A DNA stretch of 64,000 bases from Ascidiella aspersa (taxonomy: Eukaryota), in contig OZ004609.1 in assembly GCA_963924565.1 (NCBI GenBank), positions 7,626,001 through 7,690,000 on the forward strand. Direction: 5' to 3'. Shown here piece after piece: positions 1 through 12,029 of the stretch. The notes under the pieces are model-generated. The model searched no databases, was not told the DNA's origin, and saw only the letters and a program-made list of their open reading frames with translations. Positions within the stretch are counted from its first letter, which is position 1. Every line of letters starts with the position of its first letter. The position numbers were made by a program, and so were the translations under genes.

Positions 1-320
1 CCGACGAAGATAGGTAAGCCGAAACGGAAAGTTATTGGGATAAAAGCTGTAGCATCTAAATAAATGTGTTTGGGAGTTTTAAATGTTTTATGTTAAGGGA
101 TCCATCAACTTCTTCGCCAACACCGCATCGAAGTCGTCACCCGATTTTAGTATCAGTTTTGTCCGATATAACTGTGGTATCGTTAACGATCCGATACCAA
201 ACTAACATGTGACACAACACCCAACAATTGCTCACACATGGAACTTAAATCTTTTCAATCTTCAACAAAACTCTGCAAAGGTATCACCAAACCAAGTTTC
301 TACCTATTCTTGTTTTGCAG

Positions 321-1691
321 GTTTTCCAGCGAAGGTTTAACGGAAGTGTGAGTTTCTATCGCAACTGAACCGAATACAAAAACGGATTTGGAGAATTTTC
401 CGGCGAATTTTGGCTGGGTATGTGAGCAGCTTAAGTAAAATAAGTTCTAAAATCAAACTTTCGTACAATTGCAAAAAATCAACATAAAATCAAATGTATC
501 CAGAATGTCACACTGTCGCACACGCAACAATAATTTAACCTACTAAAACAGCCAACACTGTACGCAATCCGCGCTTTTCACATCTGAAGTTAAATGTCTT
601 AATAATGCACAGGCTTGGAAAGAATCCACATGCTAACATATGGAAAGCAATGTCGGCTTCGCGTTGATTTGTACGATTTCAACGATGCCCATGCATTCGC
701 AAAATACAGGTAAGTTGGTAAAATGGGAAGCTGTTATTATATCGTTCCTTGTTTGATCTGAATAGCACCGTGGAAGGTTTTCAGATTGGTCAGTGTTTTT
801 CGTCAAGGCTCGTCGCATTTACCACGTTAAACGCTTCACGTGCGTAATGAGTTATATTTAAAAACTTGATAAGTCCATATAACTACAAAGATTCCCATGA
901 GATGGTACAATTATAACCAATTTGCTAAAATTTTGCGGGTCCCGTGGTATTTTTTGCCTAAAATGTTGGGATTGGAATAAAATACATACGCTACAACCCA
1001 CACTACGTTTTGTCCAGTTTATTCAATGTGATGCAAGAGCTTAGCAACTACACACTACTGGTAGCTGGGTACAGTGGTACAGCTGGTGACAGTTTGGGGC
1101 CACACAACAGAAAGCAATTCTCCACCGCAGAACACGTCGACAGCAGATAGTAAGTCAATATTTAAATTTAAAGACACGAGTAAGAGTTGAATTTTTCAAT
1201 CTCATTATATAACTGATGGGTTTCTTTCCAAGGTTTAATTACTATGCAATAAAACTGTTTGAGCGTATATTTCTTTCGATTTACAAGTTGGTTTTCTTCG
1301 TTACTAAACATACTGCAATCTAATATTGTCAACGTAGACTGGTTTTATTTTTCAAATTTAGCGTCAAATTATATAAGACGCTATCATATTTTAACTTTAC
1401 CAACGTTTAATTACCGACTGATAAGTTCCAATTTAAAGAATATTCGTTTTAGATAGCATCTTGTTGTGTTTTAAATAGCATCTTGTTGTGTTTAGTACGT
1501 ACCCAAATTTCGCCAAACTCCTACACGGGGCTTGGTGGTTCGAGGATATGTTGGGAAGCCACCTGAACGGATACTGGGTAGACGAATCGAAAAAAGGTTA
1601 TGAACGGAACCCAGAAAACATCATCTGGTACGATTGGAAGGGATTTCGCGAAACGCTTAAAGCGACTACAATGAAACTTAGATGCGATTGA
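321..1691 (+). pseudogene. Fibrinogen-related domain (FReD; ficolin/tenascin/angiopoietin-like) gene, last 4 exons, with a premature stop
   Basis: Exons 321-417, 613-709, 1018-1149 and 1496-1691 have AG/GT boundaries and compatible phases. They translate to [40 protein letters not shown]...LRVDLYDF...AKYS-LFNV...NYTLLVAGYSGTAGDSL..HN...FST...GAWWF...HLNG...IIWYDWKG...LKATTMKLRCD, the classic FReD motifs. TGA at 366-368 replaces the conserved Trp. Upstream exons lie outside the window. Confidence 0.85.
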
Positions 1692-4126
1692 TCTGCTTAT
1701 AATTGATCACAGCTTGTACATACGTGTTTATTATGTGATGTAAAATTGATAAATATTTCGAATGGAAGTTGTACATTGTCAGACGGAAAAAAAATTGGTA
1801 AATAAATAGTGTCATAAGAAACACCAAGTGTCGGACATCACTATTAAGTATTAAGTAGGTCTCCTAGCTAAACAAGCGCTTCTGTTTTCCACGATATTAA
1901 TTTTATTTAAAATATATTACGAAATTTCCAACGTAACGATGTAGTTTCGTTCTAAAATGAAAATAAAAGACAAATTACTGATATCGTTGGAAACGGCTTT
2001 TTAGTTGTCAAGTGGCTAACAGTCTATTGTTATGAATTTGTAACTAACAGTGAATATTTTAGCTTATCCCCACTTTTTACGACAACAATCGTATATGCAT
2101 ATGGAAAAAGTATATTATGCAAGATTTGCTACACGCTTTTTTATTTCTCCAGCCATCTTCGTCTAGTTGCACTTCATGCAAAATATACTCAACGAGCAAT
2201 GTCAAGTGGTTAACTGACTCTGTCTAGAGAAGTAGTTCTAAAAGGTTTTTCATTTTCCTCACTGATAAGCGCACACACTGTCAATTCCTCCCAAGCAAAA
2301 ACACAAAGTATACTACCTTTTTCATATATATTACTGCGAATGCAGCCTGCTGACAAAAAATATGCAAGACAAACCTACAGGGAAAGAGTCGACAAATTAA
2401 AAACTGAATGTTAAACTGTGATGCCAAAAGACAAGACTTGTTGCACAATTTGGATGCACTAACCATCTAAAAGAAGTTTGTTTGAATGTATAACGTAGGG
2501 ATTAATTTATACCTATGTAAAAATCCCTGAATTGGTGTGCATTTCTTAAATGGCTGTAAGTGTGAAGAGGCAATAGATTTATATTATGAGCCTAATGGAC
2601 TCTTTACAATACCCATCATTACAGTTAAAAAAGCTTTTCATTTCATATTACGGATTGAATATTTTCTTTTTTATCCATTTTTCCTCTCCAGTTGCTCCGT
2701 GGAACAATTTTATTCACAAAATTAAAACTTCTTCAATAAGAGAGCCAAGTGACTACCTTTCAGAAGCAGTTGTAGAGAAAGTTCGGGTTTTTGAAATGCT
2801 TCTTTGGAGTCACTTGCTGCACTTTTCAGCCGCTTGTGCGTAGCTCGTGCTCGTGCTTTTTTATGTGTTTTTTTATATGTACCAACCGTTTGGAATGCTT
2901 AAAATAAACTTAAGTTAGGTAAATAAACATTGCATAACTCACTATTTCTTGGCCATCTTTTGAAGTTTATTGCCTTTGTTATTTGCTTGTATCCTTATAT
3001 ATGGTCTTATTAATTTGCAAATCTATATTTAATCCTTGCCCGGAAATGATGCCTCGATTAGTTTTTTAAACCTAGTTGTATATCAATTAATATTTACTGG
3101 GCGTAGTTAACAGTTTTTTTAATTGTTAATACTATTATGGCATTACGTTATAATAAAACTTGAATGGAGCATTTGATATGATGGTGTAATGAGCATAAAC
3201 TGTATGATGATATGTGTTTAAGCGAGGAAGAAACGGAGCGTCTGGGTGATGTTTATTCATTCCCTTTTGTGGGGTGTTCATCTGAAAAAGAACAGATATG
3301 GCTTTGACTGGGTGACCACCTCTGGTACTATGTTTTATGTAATAGTTTAGATCGTAAATTGTTTTGTTTTATGAAATGTACCACGCTTTTGAAGTTTGTT
3401 GTCATTCTTTCAACTGAGGTAAAGCAGACTTTATGACACCGATAAGCACGACCAGATCAATTCCTTTGTTGTCACTAGGCATTTAGTAGATTTGGGCCAT
3501 ATATGTATACTGAAAAATAAAAGTAAAATATTTTTTTTCCAAACTAAACAATTTAATTCGACCTATTTTTGTGACGCCCTCTCAAACACGTGCTCTGCCA
3601 AAGACTTAAAGAGGATAATTATCATAGATTTGTCCTTATTTCTTATTGTTAGTGGCAACTTTGCTTTAGTCAGCATTTGCCTCGATGTGGACACAAATGT
3701 TCGACATTTGCGGTATTCTCTGGACTCAAAGAAATTCAATGTGAAAAATATTTCCATATGCCTAAATTTCGTATTAGCATATATAGCATAAGTAAAGGTA
3801 TGTTTTCGTTGCATGAAAAGTGATAAACGCGGCAAAAGTAACTCGAACAAGGAGTGGAAAGCATCACGTGACTTGATCGCAAGTTGAGAGGTGTTAGAAT
3901 TGGGTTTCTATAACTCTTTTTTTCCGTGGACGTTACGTATGGCCAGTTCAATTAAAAAACAAAATTTATTTTTCAGCTGGGTTGTCATCAGCTGGGTTGT
4001 TGCTTGATATGATAGTTTTTATATTAATAAATCTTGTTTTTTCTCAAATAAAATACCTTTAATGTTTTCGAAATAATTTTGTACATTTAGTTTCGGTTTT
4101 ATAAGCTATATTTAATTACTGACTTC

Positions 4127-4270
4127 TGAAAAGTCTCCAAATCCGTTTTTGTATTCGATCCAATTGCGATAGAAATCCACACTTCCGTTAAACCTTCGCT
4201 GGAAAACCTGCAACACAAGAATTGGTGAAAACTGGTTTGGTGATAACTTTGCAAGTTTTTGTCGGCGAGT
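4127..4270 (-). pseudogene. Inverted, truncated paralogous FReD exon with upstream intron sequence
   Basis: The minus strand reads cag|[27 protein letters not shown] (exon starts 4207), and the flanking intron matches 265-320. It breaks off before EFWLG and no downstream exons are seen. Confidence 0.8.
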
Positions 4271-4647
4271 AAAAATATCAAAATTTCCCGGATTCAATTG
4301 TTGGCAGAAATTAAGGAATCGGCTACGATCCGATATTATCGGACATCCCTAGTTGGTGGGCCCATTTTAGCAGAAAAAATTCAAACTTCCTAAAATTAAC
4401 CAACAATTATATAAAGCTTACAAAATGCAATTCAAATCAATGCCCGTTTTTTGCAAATGCGTTGTTAATGCGTTGTTGGCCTCTTACCGTCCATCCGTCA
4501 TCGATGAGAAGTGTTTCCCTCCAGTTAAGTGACGTCACAATCCTTTCCAACTCTGCAAAGTTTGTTGTTGTTTACATTTACATTGGTTCGGATAATAAAT
4601 TAAACAAACACCGCATTACAAGCCACATGGCTTCCTACAGCATAAAG

Positions 4648-4820
4648 CAGTGTTGTAAACAAGTCATTTTGAAATAACCTAAGTCCCAGTCAAGTCATTC
4701 GTAAAATAACTTAAGTCCCAGTCAAGTCTTTTTGAATAAATAACAAGTCAAGTCCCAGTCCAAGTCATTAGTTGCCCAAGTCAAGTCCCAGTCAAGTTAG
4801 AGCAAGTCAACTTTAAGTCA
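4648..4820. mobile_element. Probable DNA-transposon (hAT-like) terminus with subterminal CAAGTC/CCCAGTCAAGTC repeats
   Basis: Begins CAGTGTTG and is followed by many tandem caagtc(ccagt) motifs, a typical transposon subterminal repeat pattern. The partner end was not found. Confidence 0.45.
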
Positions 4821-5099
4821 TGTCCTTGTTAAAAAAATAAAACTTTAAATTATGAAAACCGGCAAACTCCTCCGATTATTGTGAGCAACTCAAGTCAACA
4901 CATTGTGCAAAAACAACGCCACGTCCCCTGATGTCAATGTGGTTGTTACGAGCAACGCACAAGCGTGGGTAAAACCTGACAGAACTTGCAAGAGTATCTA
5001 TAAACCTGCAGTTGATGATTGAAAGTTTGGTTAGCCGCATGTTCGACCGTAATGCGTTTATATGGGAATGGCAGTCCTGGGCCACGTCGAGTTTGTTTT

Positions 5100-5950
5100 T
5101 CATTTAATATTTTTTTCAAATTGTTGATAATTTTTTTCTTTTTATTTAATTTTCTTTTTTTTTTTTTTTTTGTAATATTTTTTGATTTTTTTTTTAATGC
5201 TTTTTTTAATGAATGCTTTTTTTGATTTTTTTTTTAATTTTTTTTTAAATACAAGAGTGTAATGGTGGCCATTGGCTGCCATCCTGTTTTTTTTTTTCAG
5301 TTTAAAAAAAAAACAAAAAAATTAAAAAAATTAAAACATTTTAAAAATAATTATTAAATTAAAAATATGTAAAAAAAAATATTACAAAAATATTGAATAA
5401 AAAAAAAAAAAAATTGAAAAATATAAAAAATTAAAAAAAATTAATAATAAAAAAAAATTAGACGGGGGTGCGGTTGTTGTATATTTTATCGGGGGTTATT
5501 TTTTTACTTTTTTATTCAATTTTTTTTTTAATTTTTACAAGATTTTATTTTATTTTTTATATTTTTTTTTTTAATATTTTTTTTTAAATACAAGAGTGTA
5601 ATGATAGCCCATGGCTGCCATCTTGTTTTTTTTTCTGTTTAAAAAAAAAAAAATGAAAAAAACTATAAAAAAAATAATTATTAAATTAAAAACAATGTCA
5701 AAAAAAAAGTATTACAAAAATGTTAAATAAAAAAAAAAAATTGCAAAAAATAAAAAAAATTAATAATAAAAAAAAAACTAGACTTGGTAGTATATTTTAT
5801 CGGGGGGTATTTTTTTAATTTTTAATATTTTTAATAGATTTAGTTTTTACTTTTTTATTTTTTTTTTTTTATTTGATTTTATTTTTTTTTCATTTTTTTT
5901 TTACTTCATTTTTTTTTAACTTTTTTTACTTTATTTTTTATTTTTTACTA
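5100..5950. repeat. AT-rich low-complexity region with two diverged ~330-bp tandem copies
   Basis: aatacaagagtgtaatg..gcc..tggctgccatc occurs at ~5248 and ~5587, and tagac...tatattttatcggggg at ~5459 and ~5779. The motif ctagacgggggtgcggttgttg recurs on the minus strand at ~57190-57218 and ~60960-60986. Confidence 0.6.
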
Positions 5951-6094
5951 TTTTACATTATATATTTTATAGCCGATTGAGAATTTTTTCAAAGTCCTCA
6001 TATTCTGAACTGGGTGAAAAGTTTGCTGATTCATCTCTGTTGGTTTGATTTGCACCTGGTGATAGATTTTTTTTTATCTATTCTCCTTTCTTCA

Positions 6095-6246
6095 TGATCT
6101 TCATAGACAGAGCAATTTCAAGTAAATTAGCTTTTCCTTTTTAATATTGCTCATCATTCAAAATTACCCCGTACATCGGATCAACATAATATACTGCTGC
6201 CAGCAGCACATAGTTGGCGAGAAGTACCTTTTCACGTCGCATCATG
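6095..6246 (-). pseudogene. Degenerate hAT-like transposase fragment
   Basis: The minus strand reads MMRREKVLLANYVLLAAVYYVDPMYGVILNDEQY*KGKANLL, resembling the hAT 'LAAxYxDPRY' segment. It contains a stop. Confidence 0.45.
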
Positions 6247-7523
6247 GATGTTATAATTTAAAAAACCCAAGGATGCATTTTATTGGATGTCCTGAAGGTT
6301 AGCCATATTTTTGCATATACTTCTATAGACTGACACAGTCGGTTTTAAAAGTAACTTGGTTGCTTGCAGCAAAGGAAAAAACGCAATAATTGAAAAATAT
6401 TTAACAACAGTAGCAATAAACAAATAGTACAAATTTAAAATAACAAGTGAACATGTGATTAATAAAACTTATTGATTGTTAAATAAAACTAGCTTGCTTA
6501 GCTTTTTTCTTATTTTTTCTCCCACTATTTGTTCAGAGGTTTTCTTTCCAAGATGGTACAGCCTTATCTTACTGTAGCACTTCGATACAACTTTGATCAG
6601 TTGAAAGACATGATTATCCATCACTGTACTGTCAAACATGTGACTATCTAAATCAGGAAATAATTGGGATGCATTAATACTGTGTCATACTGATGTTGCA
6701 ATGGCATCTGGAATTCCTGTATTAATCGGTAATTTTCCACCAGAACATGCCAACAATCTTAAGAAGCATTTTTCGGTGTCAGAGCACACCCTAATTACAC
6801 TTTCTGATGGTTTCATAAGACCTCATCTGTCTTTGAATGTCAAAAAACTGGGTTGTGCTATCATTTTCTGGGAACCAAGTGCCAAGGAGCAGGTAAAACA
6901 TGTTGTTTGCTTTTTTGCCATCTTTGCAACATACCCAGCTATTTATGTAATAGCTGCTTTTTTATATTCTGATAAAACTTTTATGTTTGGACTGTCACAG
7001 TAATCATGGTCTGTTGAAATGGGCAGACGTTCAATGAGGTCATATTTTTTAATTAATGCCACATCAGTTAACTTTACCTCCGTATAATTTGTTTTACAGG
7101 TGTCGCTTATTGCATCCAGAATTGTTGTTGAATCCTGGTTGGAGCAATTACCATTTGTACCTTTAATACAGCTTCTCATCAAAAGACGCTTGAAGGCTGC
7201 TGTGAACTGTTGTGCTGTTGGGTTATTATTGCAGCCACCAGCAGTTCGGACAGCACTGAAAAACAATTCTAGGTGATCTTGGCTAAACTTGTACATTAAC
7301 AAATAACTTAGTGGAGCATTGGCTCTGCCTACTAAGTTATCGAACAAACCTTTTGTGCTCTGGATACAGGCTAAAAAACCAACAAAACCATTTTTTCTTC
7401 TGGAAATGTGCATTGGAGTGCTGTCAGTTGTTTTTAACTGCATTATGTAAGTAAAACATTCTGAAAGAAAGGGATCCCATACAAACTTATTCGCAATCCG
7501 AAGGGCAGACTTAAAACCTTTGG

Positions 7524-7823
7524 ATGAATGAAAGACACACACAAACATATGTGTTTAATAACATCTGTGATCTAGCCCCTCGGAAGTTGCTTTATGACCA
7601 ACGATTACGGCTTCCTGTGCAAAGTATTGGAATGTGCAAGTATTGGCGCATGGTTGTTTCTCGACTCGCTCCTCTCTGAGCCTGCATAGCTCAGTTGGTA
7701 GAGCGACGGTCCCGGCTTGACCGGAGGTCGTGAGTTCGAACCTCACTGCAGGCCAGTTGTTTTTCTGGCTTGCATCATAGATCGACAGATTCGGCGAGTC
7801 TGCGATGGCTTTTCGGTGTACTA
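7524..7823. mobile_element. 300-bp SINE-like retroposon with an internal tRNA-like cassette and 13-bp TSD
   Basis: TTAAAACCTTTGG flanks it directly (7511-7523 and 7824-7836). The empty site is present in the other P copy at ~18642. The minus strand ends in TTCATTCAT. Confidence 0.85.
7680..7754 (+). ncRNA. tRNA-derived Pol III cassette (tRNA-like, not a canonical tRNA)
   Basis: Acceptor stem GCCTGCA/TGCAGGC, D arm GCTC-AGTTGGTA-GAGC, T arm GTGAG-TTCGAAC-CTCAC and intact A and B boxes, with a T5 run just downstream. The anticodon loop CCGGCTT lacks U33 and R37. Confidence 0.7.
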
Positions 7824-8765
7824 TTAAAACCTTTGGCGAGGGGATTTCTTGAATTTAAAATGTCAAATAAACGATCAAACATTCGTAAGAACCTGACAGT
7901 TGGTGCACATCCCTTAAATTCCTTTAGTTTTAAATTCTCTGCACAATATTGGATGGCATCAGCCACACTAGAACTCAATGCCTGTGCTGCAAGGTTTACC
8001 TTCATTTTTTGCTGCTGCCATTTGATGTGTGCCAGCTTAAGCTTGTTGCCCAAACGCAAACCTTCATTTTGTTGGAGTTTTTGCAATGCAATAATGTATT
8101 GCCATTTGATTTTTCCTCCATCTCCATCTACCAAAGTTCCCCAATCAGCAAAAGTATTTCGCACAAGTTTAAGCATATAGCAAACGTCAAGAAGAACATA
8201 AATCCGCTCGGTTTTGTTCGAGGGATGTTCAAAGTTTGCTGTTAAGCAACCTGGTATCATAGATGCACCGAGTTCTCGTGACATAGTGAAATGACAAGAA
8301 GGACCGTCGCATGTCAGAGATACTACCTTTGCACCAGTGTATGAAACACGCTGAATACATATTTTGACGATGTTTGCACGCTCTGCACCACTTAAGCCAT
8401 CTACAAAAAAATATGCACATGGCACCTTCCAACCACTATTAATACATATAACCATTAAAACGAGAACATCCTTCGCATATGGTAAAGAGTCGTCATCATA
8501 GAGATCATTTCCATGATCTACAAAACCACGAAACTTTTTACCATCCCAAGCAATATGTTTCCTAATAGACATCTCGTCAAGCATAAGGGAGCACATACCT
8601 TGTTTACCATTGTTGTGGGCGTTTCTCACCTTTTCTTTAATTGCAATAAAAGCTGGTTTTGTAAATCCTGGATCCGCATCTATTTTGCCGTACCATTTTC
8701 GAATCTGGGCTTGGTGGGGTAATGAAAAATCGAAACTTTTACGGACAAATTCATATGCTTTAGAG

Positions 8766-11305
8766 CAGGGTTGACCAAACTTTATGGGACGCGGGACGCA
8801 TTCGGCAAGGAAATTAGATCGCGGGCCGCAATTGACATTTTTCCTCTTATACACTGTCTCACCGTACCAGATGTAAAGTAAAACACGTACAAGTGTAAAT
8901 AAATCTTTATATTTATCATAAAAACATATTGGGGAATAGATTAAAGAAGCTAAGATGTGAATACTACGAATAAGAGAGTTTTGGAAATTTTGAGCAACGT
9001 CAGTAGACCAGGAAACCTTAAAAATAACTGACAAGTATGAATAAGAATAAACCATAAATTTATTCGTAAAAAATATTTAAGGAAGTACGTAAAACGGTAC
9101 AGTTTACTTAAAATTCAGTGAGATGGGTGTGCCTGTATTTTGGAAGCCAGCTCCTTTGTGTCAATGTCAACTGAGGTTAAGGCTTCGAGAGATGTTTGTT
9201 TAAGTAGATTCCTCTCTTTGGATTTAATCGACTTCATTGCGGAAAATGCTGCTTCACAAAAGTAGGTACTGCCAAACATTGACAGCAAGTGCAATCCAAA
9301 ACGGCGTAAATTAGGATAATGCTCTTCAGAAAGAAGAGGCCAAAATTGAGTGATTGGCAGTGTAGCTTTGCAAGTCACACAATTCAAGCTGCAAATCGTC
9401 ATCGGCTTCTGATATAGTTATAGTCAGCGGAGCATTGAATACATTAAAGTTTTTCTCAAGGTGCCGGAAATCTTGAAATCGCTTGTTGAAGTCTTCAATC
9501 AGGGTATCAAGAGTTTCAACAAAGCAGCAGAAGTTATTGTCCTCTATTTCTTTAGAAATAACGTCACAACTTGGAAATTGAATCAGAATGTTACTTTGCA
9601 GATTACTTTTGAAGAGACATTTTTTGCGGAAGCCATCTATGAAACCATACAGAGAAGCAATTGTTTGATTCCTACCCTGTAAACTAAAATTGAGCTTATT
9701 CAGATGCTGAGTAATATCCGTGAAAAATGCTAGACCTTTCAGAAAGTTGACGTCTTGCAATAAACCTTTAAACCCATCAGTGTCTGCATTCAGTTCTTCT
9801 AAAAAGTTTAGAATCTCATTACGCAGACTGAAGAACTGCTGCAAACATTTCCCAGCACTAAGCCAACGAACAGTAGAATGGAGTGAAACGTCTGAAAATT
9901 CTGTATCCAAATCTTTCAAGAAATCAACAAATAGACGATGTCTCAGCGCTTTATTACCGCCTCTAATGAAATTAATAATTTTCATTACATGCCGCATCAC
10001 ATTAGATAAACGTTTACAGTGACTAGATAACGATTCTTGATGAATAATGCAATGAAGCATTGGGCAGTCGACTCCAGCATCTCTCAAGTACCCTATAACC
10101 CCTCTTTTAGCTCCAGTCATTGATTTGGCACCATCTGTAACGATGCAAGAGCATTTCTGAAATCCACCATACTTGCTCACTAAAGAATTCAGCGCTTCAT
10201 AAATATCAGATCCTTTCGTAGTGGTAAAAAGTGGGAGTAAGCCGAGTAACTCCTCACTGACATTAAACTGTGAGTCAATACTTCTAATAAAGACAAGCAA
10301 CTGGCTGACATCCCTTATATCTGTGCTTTCATCAAGAGCGAGAGAAAAATAAACACACTGCTGAATTTGATTCATGACCTTCTCCTGAACGAAATTGCTA
10401 AGCTCTTCAACACGTCTAGCAACAGTTTGATGCGAGAGTGGAATTTTTTCAAACCCACGAGCTGCATCGTTAAAGCCCATGGCCTTCCCCATAGCTGTTG
10501 CACATCGCTTAATGAGATCACCGTCAGAGAATGCCTTTTTGGATTTAGCCATCAAAAGTGATACATCATAAGAAGCAATTGTTGTAGAAGACGAAGGCTT
10601 CACTAATTGAAACATGTTTTCTTGACGCTTACGCAGGTTTGACTTGAGATCATTGAGTAGGGCTCGCCGCGCCTCACCAGTGTATTTATCATAGCCAGTG
10701 ACATGAAGAGTGCTGTAGTGTCGTTGTACATTGTACTCTTTCATAACGGATATCATTTCATTACAAATTAAACATAAAACTCGACCACTTTGTTCTTTCA
10801 CCAGGAATCTCAATTCCCAACTATCCTTGAATTTACGTCATCAGAGATTTTTCTTTTCTGAGCCATCGTAAAAAATGTGGCACTAAGTCTGAAAAGAAAG
10901 AATAAAATAGAATGTAATGGAGGATTAAGTAAAACTGAAATTATAAAGAATATTCTCAGCATAAAGCACACAGCCAATATTGCAGAAAACATTTTATTTA
11001 CAAATGCCTGACGTTTCGAGATAAACTTTTCTCATTTTCAAAGGCTACATTGTACCGGTTAGGGTTAGGCTAAACTGTTGAAAACTAGCATAAGACGTAC
11101 GAGGCAGAAATTTTATACGTAATAAACAATAACAATGCCTCTTTACCGTTGTATTCATACTTGGTTGTTATGTCACTTATATGCAGATTTTTATAAATTT
11201 ATCATTTTAAGGTTGTCTTTCTAGGGTCGGCTTATATGCGAGGATATACGGTAATTTTTAAAAGTTTTCTAGAAGAGGCGGCGGGCCAGGCTTTGGACAA
11301 CCCTG
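8766..11305 (-). mobile_element. hAT (Charlie/Buster group, GTF2IRD2-like transposase) DNA transposon with frameshifted transposase
   Basis: TIRs CAGGGTTGACCAAA / TTTGGACAACCCTG. The transposase runs 10866 to 9115 in three frames, with CLIC...HY...H zinc finger, SLALDESTD, TDGA, HCIIHQE, VRWLS, FGSTYFCEAAFS and a C-terminal QAHPSH. The 8-bp flanks differ (CTTTAGAG vs ATCTAGAA). Confidence 0.92.
11006..11045 (-). ncRNA. Penelope-type minimal hammerhead-ribozyme-like motif (variant core)
   Basis: The minus strand reads GCCT-TTGAAAAT-GAGA(aaagttta)TCTC-GAAACGTC-AGGC: stem I GCCT/AGGC, stem II GAGA/TCTC and a short palindromic stem III. The core UUGAAAA deviates from CUGANGA. Confidence 0.5.
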
Positions 11306-12029
11306 ATCTAGAAAATAAGGATGGAAATGAGTTTGAATTACTTGACTAAAGTTTTCCATTCATATCAATGCATCGTTTTATATTCAAGGTTCGAACATTT
11401 ATTTTTCAAGGTTCTTGATAAAAAAAAATAGGTTTGGTATATTTTAATTCAAAGTTTGGTATATTGCTGCCTTTACAATCTGGCAACCCTGTAAGCAACC
11501 AGCAAATAAATAAATTAACTAAACAAAATTACACCTCAAATTATAGATGAACATAATAAAACAAGACATATTGCAAACAAAAGTATAATAACAAAAATAC
11601 ACACAAAACATTTATTTATTATATTGTAGAGTGTTGAACTTGTGAATATAGAGCTTTCAGCTGTACAACATCCGGTTGTTTACCATCTGACTGAAAAGTT
11701 GTCGAGGGGTATTAAATTGAACACATTTTTTGGTAATTTGGATTTTATTTTCGATACGACACAGTTGTATATTTTCAAATAACAACAAGCAAATAAATAT
11801 AAAATGCAATACATAGAAAGTGTATACACTACAAAATTTGAAATCAACAAGAAGTATTACAATAAAAAAGTATTATTCCACAGAATACAAAGCTTCCAGT
11901 TGCAGATCTAATGTAGAACTTTAGATTGTAGAACTTGTACAACTTTGGATTTTACAACTTTAGATTGTAGAACCGTAGATTTAAGAACAAAAATAAGGAT
12001 CATTCGTTTGTAGTGAAGATGGTCTGTAT

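Larger units (their letters stand above)
6250..8765 (-). mobile_element. Partial copy of the P-element/THAP9-like transposon (3' part of transposase plus 3' flank)
   Basis: Nearly identical to 17389-19623. ORFs 7775-8765 (SKAYEFVRK...LDEMSIRK...VTCDG-like SLTCDG...KMKVNLAAQ) and 6943-7548 (KFSQDHLELFFSAVR..GG.NNNP) carry P-element transposase motifs. It is interrupted by a retroposon at 7524-7823 and cut off by a hAT element at 8766. No TIRs. Confidence 0.9.

Noticed and set aside
366-368. Selenocysteine or recoded TGA in the FReD gene
   Set aside because: The position is a conserved Trp (TGG in the paralog), a single transition explains it, and no SECIS was recognised.
2250-3950. Short ORFs that might be transposon or gene remnants
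   Set aside because: No recognisable motif or consistent splice pattern.
7680-7754. Functional tRNA-Ala(GGC) gene
   Set aside because: The anticodon loop lacks U33 and purine 37, spacing is non-standard, and it lies inside a TSD-flanked insertion.
7775-9055. 426-aa ORF as a novel fusion protein
   Set aside because: Its first ~95 codons are read-through of the non-coding hAT end into the P transposase fragment, and it terminates in the SINE.
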